This document shows positions 11,629-24,989 of a stretch of 64,000 bases of DNA, piece after piece. How positions within the stretch are numbered: position 1 is the first letter of the stretch; each line of letters starts with the position of its first letter. The notes under the pieces are model-generated. The model did not search any database. It saw only the letters and a program-made list of their open reading frames with translations, and had not been told where the DNA came from. The DNA lies in the NCBI GenBank assembly GCA_951406725.2, contig OX597820.1:55428001-55492000 (forward strand). Direction: 5' to 3'. Origin of the DNA: Octopus vulgaris (taxonomy: Eukaryota). The position numbers were made by a program, and so were the translations under genes.

Positions 11629-14171
11629 TGTGTGTGTGTGTGTGTTCTTGTTTGTTTGTTTCCACCTTCACTGCTTGATAACTAGTGTTGGTTTGTTCAT
11701 ATCCTCTGTAAAATAGTGGCTTGGTAATAAAGACCAAATAAGTACTGGGTGTGATTTATTCAACTAAAACCCTTAAATGTGGTGCCCCAGTATGGCCACA
11801 GTCCAATGGCTGAATCAAGTCAAAGTAAAAGATATAATCACACCGTCACCACAGTTTTTGTTGCCACTGCTGCACAGTAACAACAAAAACATCACTTGTA
11901 CAATCATTACTAGTATGAATCAGTGGGAAGCCTCTGTCCTGTTGCCTGTTCTGCTAGAAATAGTAACTAAACCCTCCATAAATCAAACCGCTCCATCTCA
12001 GATGAAGAATACAATAGACAATATAGCAATGTTTGATAAACATAGAAGAAAATAGAATGGTCAAAGCTGCAATAGCTTTGATCATGGTTTCGTTCAATGA
12101 AATGAATGGTGACATTGGCATCATCATTTAATGTTTGTTTTCCATGCTGGCATGGGTTGGATGGTTTGATAGGAGCTGGCCAGCCAGAGATCTGCACCAA
12201 TCTGTTTTGACTTGGTTTCTACAGCTGGATGCCCTTCCAACTGCCAACCACTTTACAGAGCATACTGGGTGCTTTTTATGTGGCACCAGCACCAGTGCTT
12301 TTTATGTAGCACCCCAGCACAAGTGTTTGTATGTGGCACCAGCATAGGTGCATTTATGTGGCACCTGCAAAGTGGTGAAATGTTAATATTTACACAGACA
12401 TAGATGTTGGGGTGGGGAGACTTTGATCATAGATCTGCTTGATTAATGCAGACCTGGAGCTAAACTACAACCATCACAAATTCAGCCGACCTCAGCAATG
12501 CTAGCACCAAACACTATGAGACCCCATGAGCAACCAAAGACACTTCTGCATGGGTATCTGGCCGACTAGAAATAGCAGCCAAATACTCACAAATCACACT
12601 TTACCACCATAACCAAGTAAGGACCCAGTGGATAACATAATCCTAAATGTAGAAGATGGGATGTAACCTGCATTGCCTTCTTTGATGAGAGGTCTGCTTG
12701 ATTAGAAATTACCTGAAGCCAAACAACTAAAAGAATGCTATAACTATCACTGCCACCACTGCTATCCCAACCATAAGGAACATCATCTTCCAACTTAGAG
12801 CCAACGAAAGAGAGCTTCTGTGTAATCATTCAAGCTGCTAGAAACAACAGCTAAATTTCCCTCAACTGACACACCACCATCTTAAATATAGTTAGGACAC
12901 ATTAAATAATGTAATAGTAGGACTACATTATTCAATCCTAGATAAGATTATCTGGGATTAAATAAGGGCAAGGTTGGGAATGCCTTTGATTATATATTCA
13001 CTAAATCAGAGCTGTCTTGTAACTAAACATTTTTCAACCACCACAACATTAGTATTATGAGCTAACAAGTGAACATCTCAGTGGTCAGTCAATCAGCTAG
13101 AAATAACAGTCTTAACTTCCTCAAATCATACCCAACCATTTTTGAAAAGGCTGCCTTGTATAATGTGGTGTTAGACCACTCATGCATGAGAAAAAGACAG
13201 GATGGTCATAAGTGGAATATCTTTGCTCAATTAAGGCCAACCTGAGGCTAAACAACAACAATGATCAGGATTCACCTGGGGTTAAACATCCCCAACATGT
13301 AAACAAGGGAGCCTCTATGTGGTCATGAAACTTGCTAGAAATAGCAGCCCAATCTCCCTAAAAGTCAAACCCTTCTGTCTTATATAAGAAAGCCTATTGG
13401 ATAATGTGGTCTTACATACACAGAAAAAAGTGGGGTGGTCATGACCAGATTGCCTTTAATAATAGATCACAGCTGCAGCCATTAACTCCACCTCTGGCAC
13501 CATCACAAGAACCACCATCTTGATAAACAACAGTGTAAACAATAGCAATAACAACACCAGCAGGTCACTATAACCATGGCCTCAACCAATAACAACAACA
13601 TTGCCACGACGACGACGACAACCACCACCACCACCACCACTACCTCCTCAACAACAATAACAACAGCAGCAGCAGCGCAATAACAAAAACTATATGTCAT
13701 CAATGATCAATAACAAAAATCAGGAGATATGGATGCATATACTGAGATGGGAGAAAGTGAAAGGAAGAGATGGCAAGAGGGGGAACAGGGGGAATATGCC
13801 TAGATTTAGACCAATCAGAGCTGGAACTTGCTTCCTACTGCGTCAAACTGCAGAGCAAGAGCCAGATGACAATGTCTAGAGGCAGCAGTGATTTTTTTTC
13901 TACAGCTTGTAGAGTTTCTAGATATGTTGATAAATAAATGGAGTTGACTCCACAGGGTTGTATCAGATTGATGTTTCATGGACAATGTACAAATTAGAGG
14001 ACAAGCATTTTGTGCATGTATAAATCTCTGTTTCACTGAGTTCTTATGCATACATACATGCAGACACACACACAATAATTAATAATTAATAATTAATTGC
14101 ATGCAAATATATGATGATATGGTTCATTGTGTATGCATGTGTGTGCATATACACATGTATCTCTCTTTCTT

Positions 14172-14230
<59 letters not shown>

Positions 14231-14962
14231 AGATAAATAGATATGTATATATATGTGTGTGTTTACATGTGCGTGTGTGTTTACATATGTGTACGTGTTT
14301 ATGTGTGTGTGTGCATATATATACACACACACATATAAGTGAAGGCATATGAGCGTGCATGCACGCATCGATTTATGTACAGATATTTATCTATGCATAT
14401 CTATTTATAATAGTAAATATCTTTTTAAATGCATAAGATTTATTCAACAAGAAACAGAAGCACTGCAATTGATAGACGTCACTCCAACCATTCCCTATAT
14501 ATACAAGAATAATATACATTGAATGTTATTCAACACTTAATGGATCAAATCATAACATGAATACATAATTAGACAGGGTTGATGGAGGGGAAGAAGAAAT
14601 AAAGAAAGAGAAAGAGAGATATCCTAGAAAACACAGAACTGTCTTGACTGGTTCAATGTTTTTTTTTATTATTAAAATTGAAGCAAACATGTGATTATCA
14701 TGTCTTGTGTAAACACATGCATGCATATCTGTGAATGTTTGTGAGTATATGCACCTGAATGTGTATGTGTGTATGCATGCCCACACACACACATGTATAT
14801 TTACTCCAAATGTACAGATACGGTAACTGGATCTGAACAAATATCAACACTGCTCCAGTGAAAAACAAGCTGCAAATATTCATGCTTTCCTATAGGTGTA
14901 TACGTGTGTGTGAACACATGCATGTGTGTGCATATGAGTGTGTGTTTATATATGTAAACATA

Positions 14963-15455
14963 CATCATCATCATCATCATCGTTTAACATTCGTTTTCCG
15001 CGCTAGCATGGGTTGGACGGTTCGACCAGGGTCTGGGAAGCCAGGGGCTGCTCCAGGCTCCAGTCTGATCTGGCAGAGTTTCTACAGCTGGATGCCCTTC
15101 CTAACGCCAACCACTCCGCGAGTGTAGTGGGAGCTTTTTACGTGCCACCTGCACAGGTGCCAGGGGGCGTCCGGCATTGGTCACGATCGGTTAGAGCTTT
15201 TAACGTGCCAGCGGCATGGAAGCCAGCCAAGGCGGCGCTGGCAACGTTCAGATGGTCTTTTTATGTGCCACCGGCACAGGAGCCAGTCGGGGTGGTGCTG
15301 GCATCGGCCACGTTCAGATGGTGCTTTTTATGTGCCACCGGCATGGGCATCACAACTACTATTTCCATTGATATTTATTTCGACGTTCATGTTCATGTTC
15401 ATGTACTTGACTCAACAGGTCTCCTCAAGCACAGCGGGATGATCTGGGATCCGGG
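14963..15455 (-). mobile_element. RTE LINE 3' UTR, longer copy
   Basis: (CAT)n start on the plus strand and 4-5 internal TTTTAYGTGCCACC units. Near-identical organisation at 41515-41920. Shorter copies at 12118-12365 (-), 15745-16017 (+) and 53910-54055 (-). Confidence 0.75.
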
Positions 15456-16741
15456 GTATATATATATATATGGAAAATAGGGATGAAACGTTCTTCCCAA
15501 GTCATAAGACTCATTTCTTGGATTCAGTGACATATATATCTCCCACCAGACCAGATGCCAGTCTGGTGCCACATTATTCTTCTTTGCCAGCTAAGTGAAC
15601 TGGAACAATGAAGTGTTTTGCTCAAGAATACGATGCATTTCTCATTCCAGGAATGTTCTTATAATTATGAAAGCTACACTCTAACCACTAAGCCATGTGC
15701 CTCAGGACCACAAAAAAAAAAAAACCTGTGCTAGTCTACATGAAACCGTGCCAGTCCATGTAAAATATACAAAGCATGCATGCTAGTCCACATAAAAACC
15801 ATCTGTGACAGTATATGTAAAAACCACCAGTGCTGGTACCACGTAAAAAGTACCCAGCACACTCTGTAAGGTGGTTGGTGTTAGGAAGGGCATTCAGACG
15901 TAGACACCAACCCAAACCAGACTGGAACCAGGTGCAGCTTTCCAGCATGCCAGCTCTGGTCAAACCATCCAACCCATGCCAGCATAGAAAACAGACGTTA
16001 AATGATGATGATGATGATAATGATTTACACATGCATACAAATACATACACACACACTTCCTTGCACAGGCAAGGCTGTGTGGTCAAGAAATTTGTTTTTT
16101 CAACCATATGGTTTCAGGTTCAGTCCCACTGTACAGCACCTGAGCAAAATGTCTTCTACTATAGCTCCAGATTCTGAGTGGATTTGGTACAGACAGACAG
16201 ACTGACTGTGTGTATGTATGTATGTATGTCATTATTCAGTTTTATTTCAAGATTTCTTGCCAATAGAGAATGAGCCAATTTCTAACCTAAATCTAAGGCC
16301 CCTTCATTGGAATTTAAACAACAGGGTATTTTTGCATGTTTATATATGTACAGATTTGAATGCTTTGTTGTATGTATGTATGTATTTACACATGTATGAA
16401 AGTATGTATGTATGCATATGCATGTGTATGCATGCATGTGTGTATGTGTGTGTTACTGTCTCCTTGCCTTGACATCACATAATAGTTGTAAACAAATGTC
16501 TCTGTCATGTGAATAGTGTCCTTCATTCTCAATCTTCCACAAAAACACATCTAGTCATGGCGAAATTTTACATAACTTGGAAACAGGAGCAGTCTGGCAA
16601 CAGGATGGCATCTGACTCAACAAAATTCTGTCTGACCCATGCAAGCAAGAAGAAGGGGATGTTAAAACAATGATAATAATTATATATATATATATATATA
16701 ATTATATATATATATATAATACACACACACACACGCAGGCA

Positions 16742-16958
16742 TGAGGTGGGTACTGAAAAGTTCCTGGCTTTTGGTAAAAGAAAATACAGGAAGATCAGTT
16801 AATTACGATTTTATTACACATATTCCCCTCTCAGATTCACACACTTATTGCAGTGGTCCTTCAGTTTTTCTAAGCCCTGTAAAAGAACTCAGAAGGTTGG
16901 GCCTCCAACCAGGCCTTTTGCAAAACCCTTAAAGCCAGAAACTTTTCAGCACCCCTCG
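16742..16958. mobile_element. Tc1/mariner-type MITE
   Basis: TGAGGTGGGTACTGAAAAGTTCCTGG ... CCAGAAACTTTTCAGCACCCCTCG; same family as 11336-11557. Confidence 0.75.
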
Positions 16959-17289
16959 TGTATATATACACATACACATGTGTGGTGAACAGCCAACAGT
17001 GTTGGAAAGCATAAGGATTAAGGTGGTAGTTGAGAAAAACCTGGCTGACATGGAGGACTGAAAGTCATCTGAATATTGGAAAAGAGTTACCTGTGTCATG
17101 ATGATTCCCACCATGTATCAAAATGCCAATGATATGACTGCTGTTCAATGCTCTGTGCATACTGTAAAGGTTGTAAGGTTTGATATGGACAGCTGCTATA
17201 GAGACTAGGAAGCTGTGGCCAACATGAAGGGACACAGCAGGCATTCTGACTGTGTGAACATGCTGGAATTCATTCAATAATTGATGAAC

Positions 17290-17545
17290 AAGGCTTTAGG
17301 CTCAATTCAGACAACAGCTATGTGTATCTGCCTGAAAATGTAGTCAATCCCTGGCTGCAGAGGATTGCTGCTGGAAGGTCATATGTGTGGCAGCAGGTCT
17401 CAGCTCTTTGCCATACCTCTGGAAAGAGTCAAGAGTGGTTGTTAGAGAATTCCTATGACTTCACCAGCTCCAATTTCTGGCCTCCTAATACCCCCAATTG
17501 TAATCTCGTGGAATATTGTGTGGAGCACAATTAGGAAAGATACCA
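17290..17545 (+). pseudogene. Decayed Tc1/mariner-superfamily transposase fragment (maT/DD37D-like)
   Basis: PWLQRIAAGRSYVWQQ[V]SALCHTSGKSQEWL...FWPPNTPNCNLV[E]Y matches QQDSAPxH...WPPNSPDxNPxDY, with 37 residues between the two catalytic positions. Confidence 0.7.
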
Positions 17546-18034
17546 TAAATGATGATGAAGATGACACTTTTCAAAATACTGAAGCATTTGTATGAAGTGT
17601 CTAAAAATCTTAAATTATATCTTAATAAGTTTACACCTGGTGTGATAATTCATTTGAGAACTACAGTATCAAGTGAATGAAAGACAGATCTCCTTTTGGT
17701 TGAAGTAATATTCCAAACAGATTTGATATAACATTCCTGATAGCTAGATGAACTGGTGAAATAGATGAGAGATAAATCTCTTCTTAGTTAAGGTGCCAGT
17801 CGATCACAGGTAATATCACTCAGATATCTGCCAGCTATTCTCAACAGCCCTGTGACCTGATCAAGGTTCTGTCCTCCAATAACACAAAATGCTTGCAGTA
17901 GATTCAAACTCAGAGTTCAGTAAGGCCAGTTGTTGTGAGGAAAGTAGAATAATATGTTTCTGGGACTCGTGTGTGTGTGTGTGAAGTAGAGAGAGAGATG
18001 CTGGCATTCATTTGTCAAATACAGGCCACATTGT

Positions 18035-18182
18035 CACATGGACTGTATTAGACAAATAAATACCTGTAGCTCAAGTGATCTCACACTATATTCTTCTATA
18101 CTCTACTATATTCACATGGACTGTATTAGACAAATAAATACCTGTAGCTCAAGTGATCTCACACTATATTCTTCTATACTCT
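18035..18182. repeat. Tandem duplication, 78-bp period
   Basis: CACATGGACTGTATTAGACAAATAAATACC...CTTCTATACTCT is present twice, identical. Confidence 0.9.
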
Positions 18183-18639
18183 TCATGGAAATTGAACTTG
18201 TTCACTGAGAGAATTCCTACAACTTCACCAGCCCCAATTTCTGGCCTCCTAATTCTTATAGATCTTCATTGACTTCCTTAGATTTCAGAGTTTATTCTAT
18301 GAATAGCTTGCTCATTACCTTACCCACTGGGTCAAATTACATTTCAAATACAAGAATGTCTCTTGCTGTTTTCCTAAGCGTCTTGGTTGGGATTTTGTGG
18401 AGGAGTCTTCAGTTGATTTGCGTTGGGCACGATGCCAGACATACCACACACATCCTGTTACATATAAGACTGGTGTGGCAGCATTCTATGATTATGGTTT
18501 TCTAACATAATTATATCGCCAGTCACTTCTTACCGGAATACTGTGGCCTTTGGAATTAACACCTGATTCATCCTTAAAGCTTAAGCTGCATTAACAAGAT
18601 TAATTTAGCTTCTCAGCTATAGTCACTGATTGGAGAAAA

Positions 18640-18941
18640 TTAGAAACCAATTGCAGTACTTTATAGATCATGGAAGGATAAAAGACAAAGTTGATTTCAA
18701 AATGTAAGAAGCTGGAACTAAATACTTCAAGGCATAGTGTTTGGCCTTCTCACAGTTCTGGCATTGGAAGTTATTGTGTTAATTTTGAATTAATATATCA
18801 TTTGCCCTAATTCACACAAACACACCTTTTAAAGAGACATAAATATGAGTCAATGAAAAGACCTCAACACGATTTCTTTGCCTGTCATAAACAGCAGGCA
18901 AATCATTCTCAAAATACACCTTACAGCCATTTAAAATTATA
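18640..18941. repeat. ~300-bp direct repeat, partner at ~20186-20472
   Basis: TTAGAAACCAA.TGCAGTACTTTA...CACCTTACAGC.A.TTAAAATTATAG occurs at both sites with scattered substitutions and one indel. Confidence 0.85.
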
Positions 18942-19201
18942 GGAAAACATATTGCATAATGTAGTTCTAGATATACAATACATGACAAAAAATGGGAAGG
19001 GTTGGCTGTCGCTAGTATACTTTTGCTTATAAAAGTCTGTTTGATCAGAACTGACCTGAAACTAAGCATACAACATACCAAGAAATCATATAAAAGAAAA
19101 AGAAACAAAGAACAATAGATATAAAATAAGTGTATCAGCATCAATGAGTATTTGACATGGGGGAAAAACCGTAGCTTAACGTCACTAACCACACCAACAA
19201 A

Positions 19202-19269
<68 letters not shown>

Positions 19270-19479
19270 TCCTGTCTACCAAAGGCACAAGGCTAGAAAA
19301 TGTTTGTGGGGTGGGGACTAGTTGATTGCATTGACTCCTGGTGTTTCACTGGTACTTAATTTATCGAACCCCGAAAGGATGAAAGGCAAAGTTGATGTCA
19401 GAGGAATTTGAACTCAGCACATAGAGACAGACAAAATGCTTAGTGGCATTTTATCCAGCATGCTAATAATAATAATAAT

Positions 19480-20087
19480 TAATTCTTTTATTGGCCACAA
19501 GGGCTGACAAAAATTAATTATAACAAAAAAGGGACAAAACAGGATGAAAGGTTACAAAGGGATTTGTCCGTTTGTAAAAAAAACCATGTAAAAACAGTGT
19601 AACAATCGAAAAGTATAACAACGAAAAACTCCCAATAGGGGGAGGCGCTTCGAAAGGTTCCTGGTGGAAAAACCCATAAAAGCCAACGGGATTCTGGTCA
19701 AAAGTGGAGTAGAGAGCCCCTTTCTCCTTTTATATTACCTTTTTAAATCACAGGTGTAACCTCAGAATGGCTCTTTTCATACTAGCCATTCTTGCGACAT
19801 TTATCCACCTTTCAGTAAACTTGCAATCGGACAGCACTTCCCTCTCTACTCTCATCTTCCTTTTCAAGTGAAACTTGAAAAAGTTGATGAGGCCTGGGCC
19901 AAAGAGGAAAGTGTCTGACCTTAGCCTTTTCAAACGGGTCCACCATACCACCCCTTTCGCTACAGCCACTAGGCAAAGGAAAACTGCCTTGCCCTCCCGG
20001 TTAAAGGAGGTCGGCGGGGCAATCCTCACTATGGATTCAGCTGATAGCCTGATCCGTCCTATACGCGACAGTAGCTGTTCGACATAA
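19480..20087 (-). mobile_element. 5'-truncated Tx1/L1-type LINE (ORF2 C-terminus and 3' UTR) with TSD
   Basis: Minus-strand YVEQLLSRIG...AVAKGVVWWTRLK...FTERWINVAR, then a T-rich UTR ending GCCCTTGTGGCCAATAAAAGAA. Flanked by ATGCTAATAATAATAATAAT at 19460-19479 and 20088-20107. Confidence 0.8.
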
Positions 20088-20550
20088 ATGCTAATAATAA
20101 TAATAATAATGTCTTTCTTCCCCTTTTTCTCTATCACATGGCTTTGCAAATGGACAATTTGGTGTGGTTATTTTAATGGCCTCCATTAGAAACCAACTGC
20201 AGTACTTTACGGATCACTGAAAGATGAAAGGTAAAGTTGATTTCAAAATGTAACAAGCTGGAACTAAATACTTCAAGGCATTGTGTTTGGCCTTCTCACA
20301 GTTCTGATATTGGAGGGTATTGTATCAATTCTGAATTAATATATCATGTGCCCTAATTCAAACAAACACACCTTTTAAAGACACATAAAGACCTCAACAC
20401 GATTTCCGTGCCTGTCATAAATAGCAGGAAAATCTTTCTCAAAACACACCTTACAGCTACTTAAAATTATAGTTTCTCTGCCCTAGGTGTCAGGAAGACA
20501 CGTGGCAAGAAATGGAAACAGAATAGAAAGAAGATGATAATGAAAATAAT

Positions 20551-20920
20551 AAGAGCACACAGAGAGCGCTGACCTCCACCAAGTTAACACCAACGTCCTC
20601 TCAACGATTAGCCGGACATGATTTTTAAAATAAGAATATCTGAAATAAACTTGACCGCTCTCACAAACGAGAATACTAAAAATGAACCCGACCACTCTAA
20701 AAAATTAAGTAAAAAAAACAGAAAAATAATCCAGAATCCTTGTCTGGTACCAGATTGATTCCAAAATATAATCAGTTTGTGCCAGTCATGTGGCCAAACA
20801 TCCCTGAAAGTTTCATCCAAATCCATCCAGTGGTTCTTGAGATATCTTGTCCACGGACAGACAAACAAACAAACACAACTGAAAAACAATACCTCCGCTT
20901 TCACTAAAGCGGAGGTAATA
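20551..20920 (-). mobile_element. Non-autonomous Helentron (HINE/DINE-1-like)
   Basis: Minus strand starts TTACCTCCGC-tttagtgaaa-GCGGAGGT (5' sub-TIR hairpin), has a (GTTT/GTCT)n tract, and ends CTTGGTGGAGGTC (3' sub-TIR) plus the stem-loop AGCGCTCTCTGTGTGCT. Confidence 0.8.
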
Positions 20921-22502
20921 ATAATAATTGTTTCAAATTTTGGCACAATTTTTTAGGAGGGGTGGGTTAGTTGGTTACATGGACCCCAGTACTTTATTTT
21001 ATCAACCCTGAAATAATAACAAATCTTCCTTTGGATACTACTAACAATTTTTTATAAAGGGTACAAAACTATACATGTTTAAGGGGGAGGATACAGTCAC
21101 TATTAGTCACCCCAAGTATTTGACTGGTCATTATTTTATTGACCCTGGAACAATGTAAGACGAACTTACAAAAGAAAGGGATACTACAACAAAGTCTTTT
21201 GTTTACAGTTCCACTGATTTTGCAATCCACTGCCCTTATACAATGTACTAAACTATACAGCACCCATGATAATTTCCATGAGAAGACAAAAGTTATGCTT
21301 AAAGTTCATCTTGCTATTACCAGGACCTAATAAATGACTCCCTACATGGTTGTCTGATCTAAACTAAAGGGACACAACAGATAACCCTTTAACATTTAAA
21401 CCAACCGTATCCAGCCCAAATATTGTATCTGTTTGATGTTCAAATCAACCACAGCTGGCCTTTCATAACTTTCATAACTTACCCTACCATGTCATTCTAA
21501 AATGACACAATAACTTAGCGGTTCGGCAAAAGAGACCAATAGAATAAGTACTAGGCTTACAAAGAATAAATCCTGGGGTCTATTTGTTTGACTAAAGGCG
21601 GTGCTTCAGCATGGCTGCAGTGAAATGACTGAAACAAGTAAAAGAGTATAGGATTTTTTTAACATCGAATGACTAATAGGACTCAAATAGGAATAAAATA
21701 GGAATCAAAGGTGGAAAATGGTTGAGAAACACTGCATTAGGCAATGCAGTTCTAAATACAGTACATCTTAAACCTTTTGTTTCCATGATTTGGTGGAAAT
21801 AGACTTTGTTTCAATTAATTTTGAAAATAATGAAGAATTTAATAAAATAGCTTTGTCACTATTAAGCTTGTGTCTTGAACTTAAATTAACACGAAATTTT
21901 GATGGGAAGTTTAAAGCAAAAGTTTGTATAATAGAACCAGGGCCAGTTTTAGGCAAACTGGTATCAAAAGCGTTAAACAGACGGAATGGTCATGGCTAGA
22001 ATATCTTTGATTATAAGCCTTTGATCGAGGATGACTTGGTGCAAAACAAGTTTACAGCAAAAAAAAAAAGAAAAAGAAAAAGAAAAAAACCCAAAGATAG
22101 TGAAGAAAATGCAACGTGTACATACTTCTACATTGCATCATATAATATATAATAATAAACCACAGCTTGTTAGAATGACAAGATGGTTCTTAACCAGACA
22201 CAGGCAAACTTTGTCAAGTAAAAGACATGAATTACATTTGGTTTTGCAAATGAACAGATATATCTTTTATCCTTTTCCCCATCACTTGTTTCAGTCATTG
22301 GATTGCAGCTTTGCACTTCCACAAAGGGGTTTCAGTAAAAAAAAATTAACGCTATTATTTTCTTTTTTTTAAAGTCTGGTACTTTTTCTTACGGTCTCTT
22401 TTACCAAACTGCTAAATTACAGGAATGTAAACAAACACTGGCTGTCAGATGGTCAGGGGACAAGACAATCACAAACACACATACATATATACGTTTACAT
22501 TA

Positions 22503-22993
22503 TCATCATCATCATCATCGTTTACCGTCCGCTTTCCATGCTGGCATGGGTTAGAGGGTTTGACTGAGGTCTGGAGAGCCAGCAGCTGCACCAGGCTCCA
22601 ATCTGATCTGGCAAGGTTTCTACAGCTTGATGCCCTTCCTAATGCCAATCACTCCGAGAGTGTAGTGGGTGCTTCTTACATGCCATCGGCACAGGAGCCA
22701 GTCAGGTGGGCCTGGCATCAATCCCATTCAGATAGTGCTTTTTTTGGTTTTACTTGACTCAACCAGTCTTCTCAAGCGTATCATATTGCCTGACACATCA
22801 AGGGTACTTTTAAATGGGTCGAACATACAATACTGGCATCGGCCATGACAGCAATCTCACTTTAGTTGCCGAGTATTCTCAATCACAACATACCTTCACA
22901 GGTCTTGGTCTCCTGTCATTGCCTCTGTGAGGCCCAACATTCGAAGGTCATGCTTCACTACCTCATCCCATGTCTTCCTGGGTTTATCTCTTC
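22503..22993 (-). mobile_element. 5'-truncated RTE LINE: ORF C-terminus, 3' UTR and (GAT)n
   Basis: Minus strand DKPRKTWDEVVKHDLRMLGLTEAMTGDQDL (the RTE RGRPRKTW...DR..WR motif) is contiguous with the abundant (GAT)n-tailed repeat. Confidence 0.8.
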
Positions 22994-23282
22994 TACACAC
23001 ACACACATTGTTTTATTTGTTTCAGTCATTTGACTGTGGCCATGCTGGAGCACCGCCTTAAAGGGTTTTTAGTCAAAGAAATTGACTCCAGGAATTATTC
23101 TCCAGGACATGTCTGTTTGGTTAGGGATGCAACAGGGGAATAAAATAATGGTAACTATCACAAATGCCATTCTAGTAAGGATAAAAACAATCATCATTAC
23201 TCATACTATCACCATAACAACAACAACAACAACAACCAGATGATTTTACTAAACTCCTCCACCACAACAATCACTACTACTA

Positions 23283-23568
23283 CTACTACTACTGGTGCTG
23301 CTGTTGCGGTCACAAGTATACCACTACTAACCCAATGAAAAATAAACACTACTACTACTACTACTACTACTAACACAAGTTTTTCACTACAACCCCAATG
23401 ACAAATAACCACCAACCCCACTACTACTGGTGCTGCTGTTGCGGTCACAAGTATACCACTACTAACCCAATGAAAAATAAACACTACTACTACTACTACT
23501 ACTACTACTAACACAAGTTTTTTCACTACAACCCCGATGACAAATAACCACCAACCCCACTACTACTG
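23283..23568. repeat. Tandem duplication (~140 bp) inside a (TAC/AAC)n low-complexity tract
   Basis: GGTGCTGCTGTTGCGGTCACAAGTATACC...GACAAATAACCACCAACCC occurs twice. Confidence 0.85.
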
Positions 23569-24246
23569 CTGCTGACTACAAGAAATAACTACTAGAAGTG
23601 CTACTACCACACCACAATAAGGACAACAGCTACTACTACCATAAAAAACAACTGTTATTATAATAATTGTTTACTACTGGCACCAACACCTCAATACCAC
23701 TGCTACCACCACTGCCATCACAACAACACAGTAACCAACTCTGATCAAGAAGCTGATATATATTTACTTTTGTCAGTAAAATAACTGGTTCCATACACTT
23801 GGCCTGATTCTACCCACCTTGCCAGAACTGTAATTAGAACACTGGAAACAATGGAGCAACAAAACAAGACAAAAATGGTATGAGAAGTCCCCCACTACAT
23901 GCCACACCAAACACCACTCAATTAGCAAACAGAATACTTTGGGATTAAATACCTGGCTCTGGAAATCTTCCAGAGTTGGTTGGAATTAAACAGATCGGGA
24001 ATCTTTGTCAGCATTACTTTTGTTTTTAAATTTATATTGTACATTTATACTGCAATTGGAGGGCAATAGTTAGATGAATGCTTCAACTTACTGAGTTTAT
24101 TCAACCATGCACCCTCTTCTTGTTGTTAATAAGATTATAATTTTTCAAACTGGCTAATTTCTATGGGCTGGAAGCAAGCTAAACATCTGAAATATTTGCT
24201 TTCTCACTTGCTGGACGGAAACTACTGCCCTTCACATAATTATATA

Positions 24247-24637
24247 CTAGCAATATCGTCCGGTGTTGCTCGGGTTTGTTTCAACCTTTTAGAATTGGAA
24301 TTTTTGAAAAGTAAAAATTTTGCATTATGTAGCTTGTTATTCTCTTTAAGTGAACATTTTTCTGGTTGAAATACACTGAAAAATGGTGATGCGGCAGTAA
24401 AAAAATTGTAAAAAATAGGGATTTTCATAGAAAAAAAAGCACCTTTTTGATGTAAATAATTTTTGGTCTTAATATGGTACGATTTGAATTTTTTCTTCTA
24501 CAGAAGGAAGAGCAAGTCTTCTTCCATCATACTCTCAATTTTGGTCAACTTGCGCTGCAGGGTCTCAGAGGAGATAGTGTTAGTTGAAGGCTACCAAACC
24601 TGCTATACACAGACAACTTCAGCTTTATATATATAGA
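24247..24637 (-). mobile_element. Non-autonomous Helitron (complete, ~390 bp)
   Basis: Minus strand begins TCTATATATATAAAGCTG and ends CCCGAGCAACACCGGACGATATTG-CTAG followed by T: 5' TC, subterminal hairpin and 3' CTAG. Confidence 0.8.
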
Positions 24638-24989
24638 GGTAAATATCCTCATCAACATCATGGTCATAATGATGACATCATCATTTTACATTTATTTTAT
24701 CATGCTTGCATATGTTGAATGGAACTTTTGCAGCACAGTGTCTCACTCTTTGCCATGATCCCTTGTCAAATCCTTTGTGAGTTTCAGCAAGCCAGCAAAA
24801 CACAGATTTATAGCTGCTTGCTTATTCATTCATTTATTTATTTGCTGAGCCTGGAAGATGGAACAGACAGTGCTCTTGATCTCTGCAGGAATTCCAAGAC
24901 CTGTGAGACAGATGCTGTGAATGGTCTTCTTGAATCATTGCAAGTCAATACCTGTGTGAAAACACTAGTGGAGAGTGACTTTTAAAGAG

